A stretch of 64,000 nt of DNA, from NCBI GenBank assembly GCA_963793265.1, contig CAWBZI010000006.1, positions 800,001-864,000 on the forward strand, written 5' to 3'. Origin of the DNA: an uncultured cyanobacterium (GTDB lineage Bacteria; Cyanobacteriota; Cyanobacteriia; Phormidesmidales; Phormidesmidaceae). How positions within the stretch are numbered: the stretch's first letter is position 1; every line of letters starts with the position of its first letter. The notes beneath the pieces were generated by a model that made no database searches, was not told the DNA's origin, and saw only the letters and a list, made by a program, of their open reading frames with translations. Shown piece by piece: positions 10,135-20,622 of this stretch. The translations under genes were made by a program, and so were the position numbers.

Positions 10135-10644
10135 ATGACAGCTACGATTCAGACAAAGGCGATTCAGGTAGAAACGATTGTAGATGGTGATGCGGTAGAG
10201 CAGGTGCCAGGAGTAGCGATCGCCTACTACCAACACTGGCTCCACACCTGGCTAAATGACCTATCTATCCAACTCTCACCCATCAACGCCTACGAAGTCA
10301 GCCTTCGCCTCACCACCGACGCCGGAATTCAGCAGCTAAACACCGACTACCGCCAGCAGGCAAAACCCACTGACGTATTATCTTTCGCCGCTTTAGAAAC
10401 TAATATTCCAGGTGCAGGCGTCCTACACGCTCAACAGCCTCTATACTTAGGCGACATCATTATCTCCGTCGAAACCGCCGCCCGTCAGGCTCCCACCCAC
10501 GACCATTCCTTACCCCAAGAAATGGCTTGGCTCACGGCCCACGGACTCCTTCACCTGCTAGGCTGGGATCACCCGGACGAGATAAGTCTGGTGCGAATGT
10601 TAGATCGGCAGGCGCAGCTACTCCAATTGATAGATCTCTCCTAA
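10135..10644 (+). CDS. ybeY: rRNA maturation RNase YbeY
   Basis: PTDVLSF, LGDIIIS, HGLLHLLGWDH. Confidence 0.95.
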   Translation: MTATIQTKAIQVETIVDGDAVEQVPGVAIAYYQHWLHTWLNDLSIQLSPINAYEVSLRLTTDAGIQQLNTDYRQQAKPTDVLSFAALETNIPGAGVLHAQQPLYLGDIIISVETAARQAPTHDHSLPQEMAWLTAHGLLHLLGWDHPDEISLVRMLDRQAQLLQLIDLS

Positions 10645-10742
10645 AGTCGGCACCCATCAAGTTACGTCAGCATAAGAACTGGGCAACGTTTAGAGTCTAA
10701 CAAGCGTCTCAAGACATCTACATACAACGAAGCCAGCTAGGT

Positions 10743-11312
10743 TTGATCTGCCTTATGTTTTCTCACGATAGCCAGTTCTCCCCCGATAGCAAGATGACCC
10801 GTGATAAAGAACTCGCTGACCGTAGCGAAAGCCAGTCGGGCAAGCCGGGCGACAAGCTATCGATTCGTAAAAAGACCCGTGATGTGACAGAGGCGATCGC
10901 ACCCGACAAAGACAAGCGATCGCAATCCTGGCAAATCGCACCCGATCTATTCACCAGCTTCAAATACGCCTGGGCAGGCATTTCCTACGCCTTCACCACC
11001 CAAAGAAATTTCAGAGTCCACACAGGTATCGGCATCATCGCAATTAGCCTCTGCTGGATACTTAAAGTAAGCAACATCGAAACTGCCGTCGTCTGCCTAA
11101 CCATCGGCGCAGTTTTGGTCATGGAAATCCTCAACACCGCCCTCGAATCCCTTGTCGATCTCACCGTAGGACAGACCTACCACGAGCTTGCAAAAATCGC
11201 GAAAGACTGCGCAGCCGGTGCAGTCCTCATGGCCGCAATCATCGCTTTACTTATTGCCGCGCTCATCTTCATCCCGCCAGTCTGGCTACTACTACAGGCC
11301 CACCTCGCGTAA
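10743..11312 (+). CDS. dgkA: Diacylglycerol/undecaprenol kinase family
   Basis: SFKYAWAGI, QRNFRVH, EILNTALESLVDL, AKIAKDCAAGAV; start uncertain. Confidence 0.9.
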   Translation: MICLMFSHDSQFSPDSKMTRDKELADRSESQSGKPGDKLSIRKKTRDVTEAIAPDKDKRSQSWQIAPDLFTSFKYAWAGISYAFTTQRNFRVHTGIGIIAISLCWILKVSNIETAVVCLTIGAVLVMEILNTALESLVDLTVGQTYHELAKIAKDCAAGAVLMAAIIALLIAALIFIPPVWLLLQAHLA

Positions 11313-11351
11313 TTCTGCCTCAAGCCCCATCTACGCCCCACCTTCCGAACC

Positions 11352-11945
11352 ATGATTCTGGTAATCGACAACTACGACAGTTTCACCTATAACCTCGTTC
11401 AGTATCTAGGCGAACTCGGCCAAACCCTCAACGTGGCCAAAGACATTCAAGTCTTTCGTAACGATCAAATCACCCTCGAAGAAATTAAAGCCAAAGCGCC
11501 TGACGCCATCGTCATCTCACCCGGCCCCGGTACGCCCGACGACGCAGGCGTTTCTTTAGAAATTATCGAAAAGCTAGGGCCAAAAACGCCCATCCTCGGC
11601 GTTTGCTTAGGCCATCAAAGCATCGGCCAGGTATACGGCGGCAAAGTTATCTCCGCAGCAGAACTCATGCACGGCAAGACATCTCCCGTCCGCCACAGCA
11701 ACACAGGCGTTTTCACAGGTCTTGCCGATCCACTTACCGCCACTCGCTATCACAGCCTTGTCATCGAAAAAGAAAGCTGCCCCAAAGTACTCGAAATCAC
11801 TGCCTGGGTAGACGACGGCACCATTATGGGCGTTCGCCACCGCGACTATCCACACATCCAAGGCGTTCAGTTCCACCCTGAAAGCGTTCTGACCGAATCA
11901 GGAAAAGACCTGCTAAGGAACTTTTTGCAGGAACTCGACACCTAG
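11352..11945 (+). CDS. trpG: Anthranilate/aminodeoxychorismate synthase component II (TrpG/PabA)
   Basis: [36 protein letters not shown]. Confidence 0.92.
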   Translation: MILVIDNYDSFTYNLVQYLGELGQTLNVAKDIQVFRNDQITLEEIKAKAPDAIVISPGPGTPDDAGVSLEIIEKLGPKTPILGVCLGHQSIGQVYGGKVISAAELMHGKTSPVRHSNTGVFTGLADPLTATRYHSLVIEKESCPKVLEITAWVDDGTIMGVRHRDYPHIQGVQFHPESVLTESGKDLLRNFLQELDT

Positions 11946-12109
11946 ACAGTTAGTAAGGGATCTAAGCTTCAAACAGCTGAAAGTAGCCGCGTTTAAGCAA
12001 AATCTATAGCCATCCACCATCACAAACTGGCCCAGTTTAGCTGTGCTACGTGTCACACAACGCGGCAAAATGTAGCCTAACCCCTGTGGATAAGTCGATA
12101 AGGAAACAC

Positions 12110-12880
12110 ATGAAACGGCGACAACTGCTTCAATACGCTAGCGCAACCTTCGTAAGCACATTAGGACTCGGCCTCGCTTCTCAATATCAGTCTTACCAGG
12201 CTCAAAGCGGTCAGCTCACCATCACAGCCCTCGGCCACACCGCCTTCTTATTCACAGGCGGCGGCCATAGCATTCTCGTCAATCCCTTCAAAGCAGTCGG
12301 CTGCACCGCTGGCTACGCCCAACCCACAGCCAGCGCTGACCTGGTGCTGCTCAGCAGTCGCCTATTTGACGAAGGCTTTCTAACCGATACCTATGCCAGC
12401 ACTCAGGTCATTGACGAACCTGGAGACTTTACGGTCAATGGACTAGCCGTTCAGGGCGTAAGTATGCCTCACGATCGGCTTAACGGTCGGCGTTTTGGCT
12501 CCAACGTAGCCTGGGTTTGGAACCAAGCAGGCATCAAAATTGTGCATTTAGGCGGAGCTGCCGCCCCCATCTCAATTGAAGACAGAATCCTCATTGGTCG
12601 GCCTGACGTTTTGCTGGTGCCGGTAGGCGGTGGCCCTAAGGCTTATACGCCAGAAGAAGCGGCTGAAGCTATTAGGTCACTTAATCCGAAGGTTGTTATT
12701 CCGACGCACTACCTCACGCAAGCTGCTGACACAGACAGCTGTGATCTAGTAGGCGTAGGCGACTTTACAGCGCTGATGTCAGGGACACCCGTCGCGCAAA
12801 ACGGCAGTACGCTTAGCCTGAGTGCAAGCAACCTACCCAGCAGCGGAATGCGGATTGAAGTTTTGAGCTATGCTTTTTAG
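12110..12880 (+). CDS. Tat-exported MBL-fold protein
   Basis: MKRRQLL signal; LGHTAFL, IVHLG, VVIPTHY; the HxHxDH motif is degenerate. Confidence 0.8.
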   Translation: MKRRQLLQYASATFVSTLGLGLASQYQSYQAQSGQLTITALGHTAFLFTGGGHSILVNPFKAVGCTAGYAQPTASADLVLLSSRLFDEGFLTDTYASTQVIDEPGDFTVNGLAVQGVSMPHDRLNGRRFGSNVAWVWNQAGIKIVHLGGAAAPISIEDRILIGRPDVLLVPVGGGPKAYTPEEAAEAIRSLNPKVVIPTHYLTQAADTDSCDLVGVGDFTALMSGTPVAQNGSTLSLSASNLPSSGMRIEVLSYAF

Positions 12881-12937
12881 AGCTTAAAGTTCTTAAAGGC
12901 TTTCAAAGTTAGTCTTTCAAACCTCTTCCAGACATTT

Positions 12938-14261
12938 ATGCACAGTGAGTATCAGCAACGTCGGCAGTCTGTATTAGATGCGATTGGTCAGGGCACTGCA
13001 ATTTTTTGTAGCGCCCCCACCGCTGTCATGCACAACGATGTGGACTATCTATACCGTCAAGACAGCGATTTCTTTTATCTAACAGGATTTAACGAACCTG
13101 ATGCGGTAGCGGTACTCTCTCCGACTCACGACGAGCATAAGTTTGTGCTGTTTGTGCGTCCTAAAGATCCTGAGAAGGAAACTTGGAGCGGCTACCGTAC
13201 TGGCGTAGAAGCAGCGAAGGAACGCTACGGAGCAGACAAGGTTTATCCCATTGAAGAACTCGGCAAAGAGCTGACGCAGTATGTTGCTAAAGCTGACCGG
13301 CTGTACTACCACTTCGGTCACAATATTGCTTTTAACAATCGTATTATTCGCCTGTGGCAGCAATTGCTCGGCAAGATGACGAAAAAAGGCACCGGCCCGG
13401 TTGCTATTGAGGACGCTAAGCTGCTGATGCAGCAGTTTCGGCGGGTTAAGAGTCCGTTTGAGTTAGAGAAGATTAAAAAGGCGATCGCAATCAGCACCGA
13501 GGCTCACAACGTTGTTCGCGAAATGGTACGCCCTGGCATTTACGAATACGAAATTCAAGCAGCCCTCGAAAATATCTTCCGGCGTGAAGGCGGCATGGGG
13601 CCAGCCTATCCTTCCATTGTGGCAACCGGCGAAAACGCCTGCATCTTACACTACGTTGAGAACAATCAGCAGCTAAAAGACGGCGATCTGCTACTGATAG
13701 ACGCTGGCTGTGCTTACGAATATTACAACGCAGATATTACTCGCACACTACCTGTTGGTAGATAGCCAGTCAGAAGAACAGCGATTGCTTTACGATCTAA
13801 CTCTGAAGGCGCAGCTAGCAGCTATCGATCAGGTAAAGCCGGGTACACCCTTTAATGCGTTTCACGATGCGGCCACTCGCACCATCACCGAAGGGCTAGT
13901 CGAACTAGGACTACTCATAGGCGATGTAGACAAACTCATCGAAGAGAAGAAACACAAAGCTTTCTTTATGCACGGCACAGGTCATTTTCTGGGACTTGAT
14001 GTGCACGACTCTGGCATTTTGCGCAATCCTGATCAGACTTGGAAACCATTCGCGCCTGGCAACATTGTCACCGTAGAGCCAGGTATCTACATTCCTCCCA
14101 ACTATAAGCCTGCTGAAGATCAGCCCAACGTTCACGCCCGCTGGCGAGGTATTGGTATTCGTATAGAAGACGACGTGCTAGTGACTGAAACAGGGCATGA
14201 AGTTCTGACCTCAGCCGTCCCTAAAACGTTTGACATTCCAGCGCAATCACTAGCTGCCTGA
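12938..14261 (+). pseudogene. pepP: Xaa-Pro aminopeptidase split by a frameshift near 13760-13770
   Basis: ORF1 has YRQDSDF, LHY, DAG, ADITRT; ORF2 (+1 frame) has HGTGHFLGLDVHD, TVEPG, IRIEDD. Confidence 0.85.
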
Positions 14262-14745
14262 TCGGATTGGGCAGAATTCAAATGCTAAAAACAAAAGTCT
14301 TTAGGTACAAACACTCATTAATACTCTGATATCTTCAGGCTTATTTGGGAAGCCTCCGTGATGCCACGGTCAAAAAGTTTGAAGATCGCAATAACTTTGC
14401 TGATAGGCATTCTCGGTCTTTGAACATTAGCAGTAGGATGCAAACATCTAGGCTAGGCGCTTAGCCTGTGGCACTGCATACAAACATAAGTTGTTATATG
14501 CCTTATCAGGCGGGGCAAGCTAATAAGCGGAACGTTTGATAAGAGTTACGGTCTTAGTGAATATTGCTCAGGCCCGTATCTTTGTAAATTCAGGCGTCTA
14601 TAGCGAGTTTTAGGGCAACTGCGCAATCTAATCACGTTTTTTAGCCACATTTCTAGATTTACAAAGTGCTGATAAACCTTCACAGTACTTAAAGGTATGA
14701 AAGGTAAAGATTAATCAGTTCGTTTACTCGGTATTGAGGAACCTA

Positions 14746-16257
14746 ATGGTGAGATTGAATCGTCTACTGCCCGGCTTGACTTTAGTGGGGGCTCTTATGT
14801 TAGCGCTACCCGCAGAGGCAGCTAGGCTACAGTTCTGGCGGTTCGATACCGAAGAGAACCAGCTAATTTTTACCACGGATGATAGCGTTCAGCCTACGGC
14901 TCAACTGCTGGCTAACCCTACCCGTCTGGTGATAGATCTGCCCGGCACCACTATCATCGACCCCGATACACAGGCTTTTGGTGGCGCGGTTAAAGAGGTG
15001 CGTGTGGGTGAGCTAGATGCTGAAACCACTCGCCTGGTCGTGGAATACAACTCGGGCTACACGGTCGATCCGACGCAGGTTCAAGTACGAGGTGAAGGCG
15101 CACGACAGTGGACGGTGCAGTTGCCTGAAGCCGAAGAAGTGAGCAGTCGTGATATTGCCGATGAGCAAACAGACGGTGAGCAGGCCAGTGAGCAGGAAGC
15201 CGCTCGAACGTCAGCGCGATCGCTCGCCAACAGAGTCAGCAACCGCCCCGTACAAGGTGCAGACACTCGCATTCAGGGCGTAACAGCAACAGCAGACGGT
15301 TTCTTTATTCGCACAGTTGGCGAAACGCCGCAGCTAGAAGTTAGCCGCTTTGAAGAAGACGGGCAGCGCTACATTACAATGACTTTCGAGCAAACTGCCG
15401 TGGCTTTGGGCGTAACGACCGCGCGATTGCCGGTCAACAGATACAGCATTGATAGCTGGCGAGTAAACCAAGCGTCGGCTAATCCAGCTAGAGCTGAAAT
15501 TACGCTGGCATTAGGTGAAGGAAGTCCTGACTGGGATATTTCTGCTAACGATGGCGGCGTGGTGATTTTGCCAAAAGATGCTTCTATTAGCAGTATTCCT
15601 GATGCAGGCAAACCCGAAGCCGGTGCCGCAACCATGGTAGCGAGTAATGAGCGCCGACCTGCTGAAGCGCGCCAGGTACCAACGACCGGCGAGTTGCCTA
15701 CGTTGCCAAACGGCAGGTTTACGGTAGTGATTGATCCCGGCCATGGCGGACGCGATCCAGGTGCGGTCGGCATCAACGGACTTCAGGAAAAACAAGTTGT
15801 CAACGATATTGCTCCTAGAGTAGCGGCTATTTTGCGCGAACAGGGCGCGAACGTAGTGATGACGCGCGATAGCGATATTGAGGTCGATCTTGCGCCTCGT
15901 GTTCAAACGGCTGAAAGAGTTAACGCTTCTATTTTCGTAAGCATTCATGCAAACGCTATTAGCATGAGCCGCCCTGATGTGAACGGGCTAGAGACTTTCT
16001 ATGCCTCCGATTCGGGCCAGCGGCTAGCGAATACGGTTCATGCGACGGTGCTTAGAGCGATGGGAATGCGCGATCGCCGTGTCCGATCAGCTCGCTTCTA
16101 CGTCATTCGTCGCACGTCCATGCCCGCTATTTTGGTTGAAACCGGCTTTGTCACTGGAGCAGAAGATGCGCCTAATTTGGCTGATCCAGCCTGGCGCGAG
16201 CGGATGGCAGAGGCGATCGCTGAAGGCATTTTGCTACACCTCCAGCGCGGCCTATAA
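14746..16257 (+). CDS. N-acetylmuramoyl-L-alanine amidase with AMIN domain
   Basis: Signal peptide; AMIN NPTRLVIDLP; Amidase_3 IDPGHGG, SIHAN, ILVETGF. Confidence 0.92.
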   Translation: MVRLNRLLPGLTLVGALMLALPAEAARLQFWRFDTEENQLIFTTDDSVQPTAQLLANPTRLVIDLPGTTIIDPDTQAFGGAVKEVRVGELDAETTRLVVEYNSGYTVDPTQVQVRGEGARQWTVQLPEAEEVSSRDIADEQTDGEQASEQEAARTSARSLANRVSNRPVQGADTRIQGVTATADGFFIRTVGETPQLEVSRFEEDGQRYITMTFEQTAVALGVTTARLPVNRYSIDSWRVNQASANPARAEITLALGEGSPDWDISANDGGVVILPKDASISSIPDAGKPEAGAATMVASNERRPAEARQVPTTGELPTLPNGRFTVVIDPGHGGRDPGAVGINGLQEKQVVNDIAPRVAAILREQGANVVMTRDSDIEVDLAPRVQTAERVNASIFVSIHANAISMSRPDVNGLETFYASDSGQRLANTVHATVLRAMGMRDRRVRSARFYVIRRTSMPAILVETGFVTGAEDAPNLADPAWRERMAEAIAEGILLHLQRGL

Positions 16258-16275
16258 AATCTGCTTTTCAAAAAC

Positions 16276-17409
16276 TTACTTTTTCTCAGGATGTTCGACC
16301 GCCTCGCAGGCAGTGCCCAACTTACCTAGAAAGTGAATCATCTGATGCAAACGTCCGGCATCTCGCTGATTGAAGTGAAGCGCTAGCCGAGGCAAATTTT
16401 CAGTTTCATCGCCGCGCTCTACGTCAAAAGCTGACACCTCTCTAATCGTGCCTTTACTCAAGATGTCAGCAAACTTCGCATTAAGCTGATCAATGCCACC
16501 TTCACTCAGCGGTGCCTTGAGGCGAATCACAAGCTGACCACGTACGTATCGGCTAGAGTGATATACCCGGTAGAAGCTTTCGACATAGTTTAGGGCGTCA
16601 TCTAGGCTATCGGTTAGGTGATACAGACTGGTGTCATCAGGGCTGATCAGTCCTTGGTCGAGAAGACGGTTGCGCACATAGTAGTCCCAGCTCTTCCAAT
16701 ATTCACCGCCGGGTCGGTCGATGAGAATGAGTGGAATGGGATCGGACTTTCCGGTTTGGATGAGGGTAAGCGATTCAAAGGCTTCGTCTTGGGTGCCAAA
16801 GCCGCCGGGGAAAAGGGCGATCGCATCACTCTCTTTTAAAAAGAACAGCTTGCGCGTAAAAAAGTATTTAAAGTCCAGCAGCTTAGGATCGCCTGCCATC
16901 ACCGGATTGGCACCTTGTTCAAACGGAAGCTGAATGTTCAGCCCGAATGAATAATCACGACTGGCCCCTTCGTTGCCCGCTTGCATGATACCGCCACCCG
17001 CCCCGGTCATCACCATAAAGCCGTGCTGCACCAGCCGACGCGCAAATTCGGCGGTCATTTGGTATTCGGGGCGATCGCTAGGCGTTCGAGCAGAGCCAAA
17101 GATCGTAACCTTACGAGTGTGCCGATACGGAAAGAACGACTTAAAACCCTTCTCCATATCCATGAGTGAATGGCTTAATATTTTCCAATCTAAAGGCTCT
17201 GCCTCTTGAGTCGCCATCCGCACTAAAGTCTCAAGAATCTCCTTAATTAGCCCACCGCTTTCCATCGTCGGCAGTTGATCCATCACACGCAGCAGGTCAC
17301 CGCGCAGTTGATTATTCAACGGCGAACCTGAGCCCTGATCCGAGCTGCGATCTGAATATTGAAAAGGAGAAACGTCCATCATGTACGTATGTAAAGAATA
17401 TTCGTTCAC
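16276..17409 (-). CDS. LOG family protein
   Basis: VTIFGSAR, TGAGGGIMQAGN, FFTRK, FPGGFGTQDE. Confidence 0.88.
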   Translation of the reverse strand: MNEYSLHTYMMDVSPFQYSDRSSDQGSGSPLNNQLRGDLLRVMDQLPTMESGGLIKEILETLVRMATQEAEPLDWKILSHSLMDMEKGFKSFFPYRHTRKVTIFGSARTPSDRPEYQMTAEFARRLVQHGFMVMTGAGGGIMQAGNEGASRDYSFGLNIQLPFEQGANPVMAGDPKLLDFKYFFTRKLFFLKESDAIALFPGGFGTQDEAFESLTLIQTGKSDPIPLILIDRPGGEYWKSWDYYVRNRLLDQGLISPDDTSLYHLTDSLDDALNYVESFYRVYHSSRYVRGQLVIRLKAPLSEGGIDQLNAKFADILSKGTIREVSAFDVERGDETENLPRLALHFNQRDAGRLHQMIHFLGKLGTACEAVEHPEKK

Positions 17410-17527
17410 TAATGAATGATCATCAGTGAGCCTATTTTAATCTGTGATGACTTTCCTCTAAACAGCCCATATACAGAGAAACTAGACAGTAAAAGTTACC
17501 CGCTCGAGCAAGATAGATGTAACCAAC

Positions 17528-17558
17528 AAAAAAGGCTCCAGTATTTTTCTGAAGCCTT
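17528..17558 (-). terminator. Probable terminator downstream of trxA
   Basis: AAGGCTCCAG/CTGAAGCCTT imperfect stem plus A-run. Confidence 0.5.
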
Positions 17559-17653
17559 CCTTTGATATTTATTCTATAGATAGTCATCTTGACTGACTGT
17601 CAGCGTGGCTACATCAAAGCCCTGTCGATACCATTACTCTTTTAAGGAATGGC

Positions 17654-17974
17654 TTAAAGATACTTCTCTAGCGTATTTGCCAAAGTCGTCTTAGGAACAG
17701 CGCCAACCACCATATCTACACGCTGGCCGCCCTTGAAAATCATCAGCGTTGGAATACTGCGAATACCGTACTGGCTAGCTACGCTAGGGTTTTCGTCTGT
17801 ATTTACTTTAACGACCTTGACCTGACCGTCGTATTGTTCAGAAATTTCGTCAACAACGGGAGCCACCATTCGGCAAGGCCCACACCAAGGAGCCCAAAAG
17901 TCTACTAAGACTGGGGCTTCGCTCTCCAAAACTTCTTGCTTAAATGTCGAATCAGTAACCTGTGCGGCTGACAT
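17654..17974 (-). CDS. trxA: Thioredoxin (m-type)
   Basis: [21 protein letters not shown]. Confidence 0.96.
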   Translation of the reverse strand: MSAAQVTDSTFKQEVLESEAPVLVDFWAPWCGPCRMVAPVVDEISEQYDGQVKVVKVNTDENPSVASQYGIRSIPTLMIFKGGQRVDMVVGAVPKTTLANTLEKYL

Positions 17975-18194
17975 TCTTAAAACCCTTGTCACTCGTGTAT
18001 ATCGATCTTACCATAGCCAAAACCCCAGCCCAATCGCGCGTATCTACAGATTTTTTACTGACTGGCTAACAATACTTAGCATTGCGCGATAGATCGCAAA
18101 ACCCTCTCTGCCAAAAGACACATTGGCAGACTACAGACTCATTGGCAACAAGTCCCACCCAGTTACTCAGAAGAACGTCCTTGGAAATGCCTTT

Positions 18195-18285
18195 AAAGAG
18201 GAACCGCCCAAACCCGAAACTAAAAGCTTCGCTGGTTTAGGCGGAGTGTGGTGTGAGGAGTGAACGGAAACTTGCGTCTCCGCTT
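18195..18285 (-). ncRNA. yfr1: Yfr1 small RNA
   Basis: Minus strand GCGGAGACGCAAGTTTCCGTTC-ACTCCTCACAC-CACACTCCGCC then a terminator hairpin; Yfr1 undecamer at 18251-18261; typical guaB-trxA intergenic location. Confidence 0.92.
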
Positions 18286-18292
18286 ACACCTA

Positions 18293-18298
18293 ATTGTA
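18293..18298 (-). promoter_or_regulatory. -10 element of yfr1
   Basis: TACAAT on the minus strand, about 7-9 nt upstream of the predicted 5' end. Confidence 0.6.
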
Positions 18299-18495
18299 AG
18301 AGACTCTTCGTAATTTGCCACCAGTCTTAGCGGTTATCAGAGACAAGTCTTAAAATTTGTATACCTGACAATTACATGAGCCCTATTATCTGATAAAACC
18401 TTTCCAAAATACCGGAAAAAGCAAGCTCGTGCGAGTAGAAGCAACCGTAGCTCCACGCAATTTTTGACTAACTTTATTCGCACGAGCTTACTTGG

Positions 18496-19659
18496 CTACT
18501 TACCCATTCCCAAATGCTGAGCCTTCTGATAAACCTTTCCTTCAGTCAAAAGAGAAGGCGCAATCACGACCTCCACGTTCTGCATTTCCTTAAGATCTTT
18601 AGCGCCCAACGTTCCCATGCTAGTTTTCAAAGCCCCTAGTAAGTTATGTGTGCCATCATCAAGCTGGGCTGGGCCTCGCAAAATTTGCGCTAACGTCCCT
18701 GTCTTACCAACTTGAATGCGAGTGCCTCTGGGTAAAACTGGGCTAGGTGTTGCCATTCCCCAGTGAAACCCGCGACCAGGTGCTTCTTCAGCTCTAGCAA
18801 AAGGCGAGCCAATCATCACGCCATCCGCACCCGAAGCAATGCACTTACAAATGTCTCCACCTGTCACTAGCCCGCCATCTGCTATCACTGGCACGTATTT
18901 GCCTGTTTCCTGCTGATAGTCATCTCTAGCCGCCGCACAGTCTGCAACTGCTGTCGCTTGAGGAATTCCAACACCCAGAACCCCGCGAGAAGTGCAGGCG
19001 GCTCCTGGGCCAATTCCCACCAATACGCCCGCTGCGCCCGCCTTCATTAGCTTCAACGTCACTTCGTAGGTAACACAGTTACCCAGCAAGACAGGGATAG
19101 GCATTTCTTGACAAAACTGCGCTAAGTCCAAGGGGCTAACCGACTGCGGTGAAATATGGTCGGTTGATACCACCGTTGCCTGCACAAAGACCATATCTGC
19201 ACCAGCATCAGCGACCGTCTTACCGAACTTGACAGCTCCAGCAGGCGTTAGGCTCACAGCCGCAATGCCATCTTGGGTCTTAATTTCCTTAATTCGTTTT
19301 TCGATCAGTTCTGGCAGAATCGGCTTTGCATAAATTTCCTGCATCAGCGGTACAAATTCTGTTTTACCGACCGAGGCAATGCGATCCAATATCGGATTAG
19401 GATCTTCGTAGCGGGTCTGAATACCTTCTAAGTTGAGTACGCCTAGTGCGCCTAGCTTAGAGAGTTCGACGGCCATTTTTACATCAACAACCCCATCCAT
19501 TGCACTGGCAATAATAGGAATTTCTCGGGTGACCCCACCAATTTCCCAGCTAGCGTCTGCTAGCTGCGGATCCAGCGTTCTGGCCCCAGGAACTAGGGCG
19601 ATTTCATCAATTCCGTAAGCGCGCCTGGCTGTTTTACCACGACCAATTTGAATATTCAC
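18496..19659 (-). CDS. guaB: GuaB3-type IMP dehydrogenase
   Basis: [27 protein letters not shown]; no CBS domains. Confidence 0.92.
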   Translation of the reverse strand: MNIQIGRGKTARRAYGIDEIALVPGARTLDPQLADASWEIGGVTREIPIIASAMDGVVDVKMAVELSKLGALGVLNLEGIQTRYEDPNPILDRIASVGKTEFVPLMQEIYAKPILPELIEKRIKEIKTQDGIAAVSLTPAGAVKFGKTVADAGADMVFVQATVVSTDHISPQSVSPLDLAQFCQEMPIPVLLGNCVTYEVTLKLMKAGAAGVLVGIGPGAACTSRGVLGVGIPQATAVADCAAARDDYQQETGKYVPVIADGGLVTGGDICKCIASGADGVMIGSPFARAEEAPGRGFHWGMATPSPVLPRGTRIQVGKTGTLAQILRGPAQLDDGTHNLLGALKTSMGTLGAKDLKEMQNVEVVIAPSLLTEGKVYQKAQHLGMGK

Positions 19660-19852
19660 GTCCGTACTTATCCCAAGGAAGCATCTAGCTAGCCTAGCAA
19701 AGAAAGAAATCTATTGCGTATCGGGTTTTCGTACGGGTATTGGAAAATACGAACAGATGCGCCTGTAAGCAATAAAAGCGGATTGATGGATACTATAGAG
19801 CGCAGCCAAACCAGTAAGATGCTTAGAGGTTCTCAATTGCTAGCGATCGCCC

Positions 19853-20572
19853 ATGGTGAACATCTCATCTCTTAAGTTCTTCAAAAACCTCAGAGCTACC
19901 AACCGTCAGTTTGCGGTTATCGGTTTAGGCCGCTTTGGCAGGGCCGTTTGCCTCACGCTACACGGCATGGGCTACGAGGTCATGGGCATAGACTCTAACG
20001 AATCACGAGTCGCTCAGGTATTGACCGACCAAATTGCCGCTCATGCCGTGCAGCTTGACTCGACGCAGCCCTCAGCGCTGGTTGAAGCCGGTATTCCTGA
20101 TTTTGATACAGTGATTATCGCTATCGGCAACTACGTTCAAGAAAGCATTATTACGACGCTAAACGTGAAAGAATCGGGCGTGGCTAACGTGGTCGCCAAG
20201 GCATCTTCTGAAATTCATGGCAAGCTGCTGATGCGAGTAGGAGCCGATCACGTGGTTTTCCCAGAGCATGAGATGGGCTGTGAACTGGCCAGATCGCTCA
20301 CTCGACCCGGCATTTTAGATCGCTTTGAGCTAGATCCTGATCACAGCATTGTAGAAGTAATGGTGCCTCAAGCTTTCAATGGCAAAACCATTATGGAAGT
20401 AGATTTGCGCAATCACTATGGCTTAACGCTCATGGCAATTAGTAAAGATGACGCCAAAGAGGATGACAACAATAAGTTCATCATTAACCCCAGCCCAATC
20501 ACGCGGCTAAGAGGCGGTAGCTTGATGGTAGTGATTGGGGACAACAAAGGTATCGACAAGCTGCCCGTATGA
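19853..20572 (+). CDS. TrkA/KtrA potassium uptake regulatory subunit
   Basis: FAVIGLGRFG, GADHVVFPE, TrkA-C domain. Confidence 0.92.
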   Translation: MVNISSLKFFKNLRATNRQFAVIGLGRFGRAVCLTLHGMGYEVMGIDSNESRVAQVLTDQIAAHAVQLDSTQPSALVEAGIPDFDTVIIAIGNYVQESIITTLNVKESGVANVVAKASSEIHGKLLMRVGADHVVFPEHEMGCELARSLTRPGILDRFELDPDHSIVEVMVPQAFNGKTIMEVDLRNHYGLTLMAISKDDAKEDDNNKFIINPSPITRLRGGSLMVVIGDNKGIDKLPV

Positions 20573-20622
20573 ACGATATTCGAAGGCATTAGCTATAGCA
20601 AAAGCTGGATGGTGAGCATAAG

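Noticed and set aside
13757..13766. Programmed frameshift in pepP
   Set aside because: AGA cannot re-pair on GAT, and there is no slippery run or upstream SD-like stimulator.
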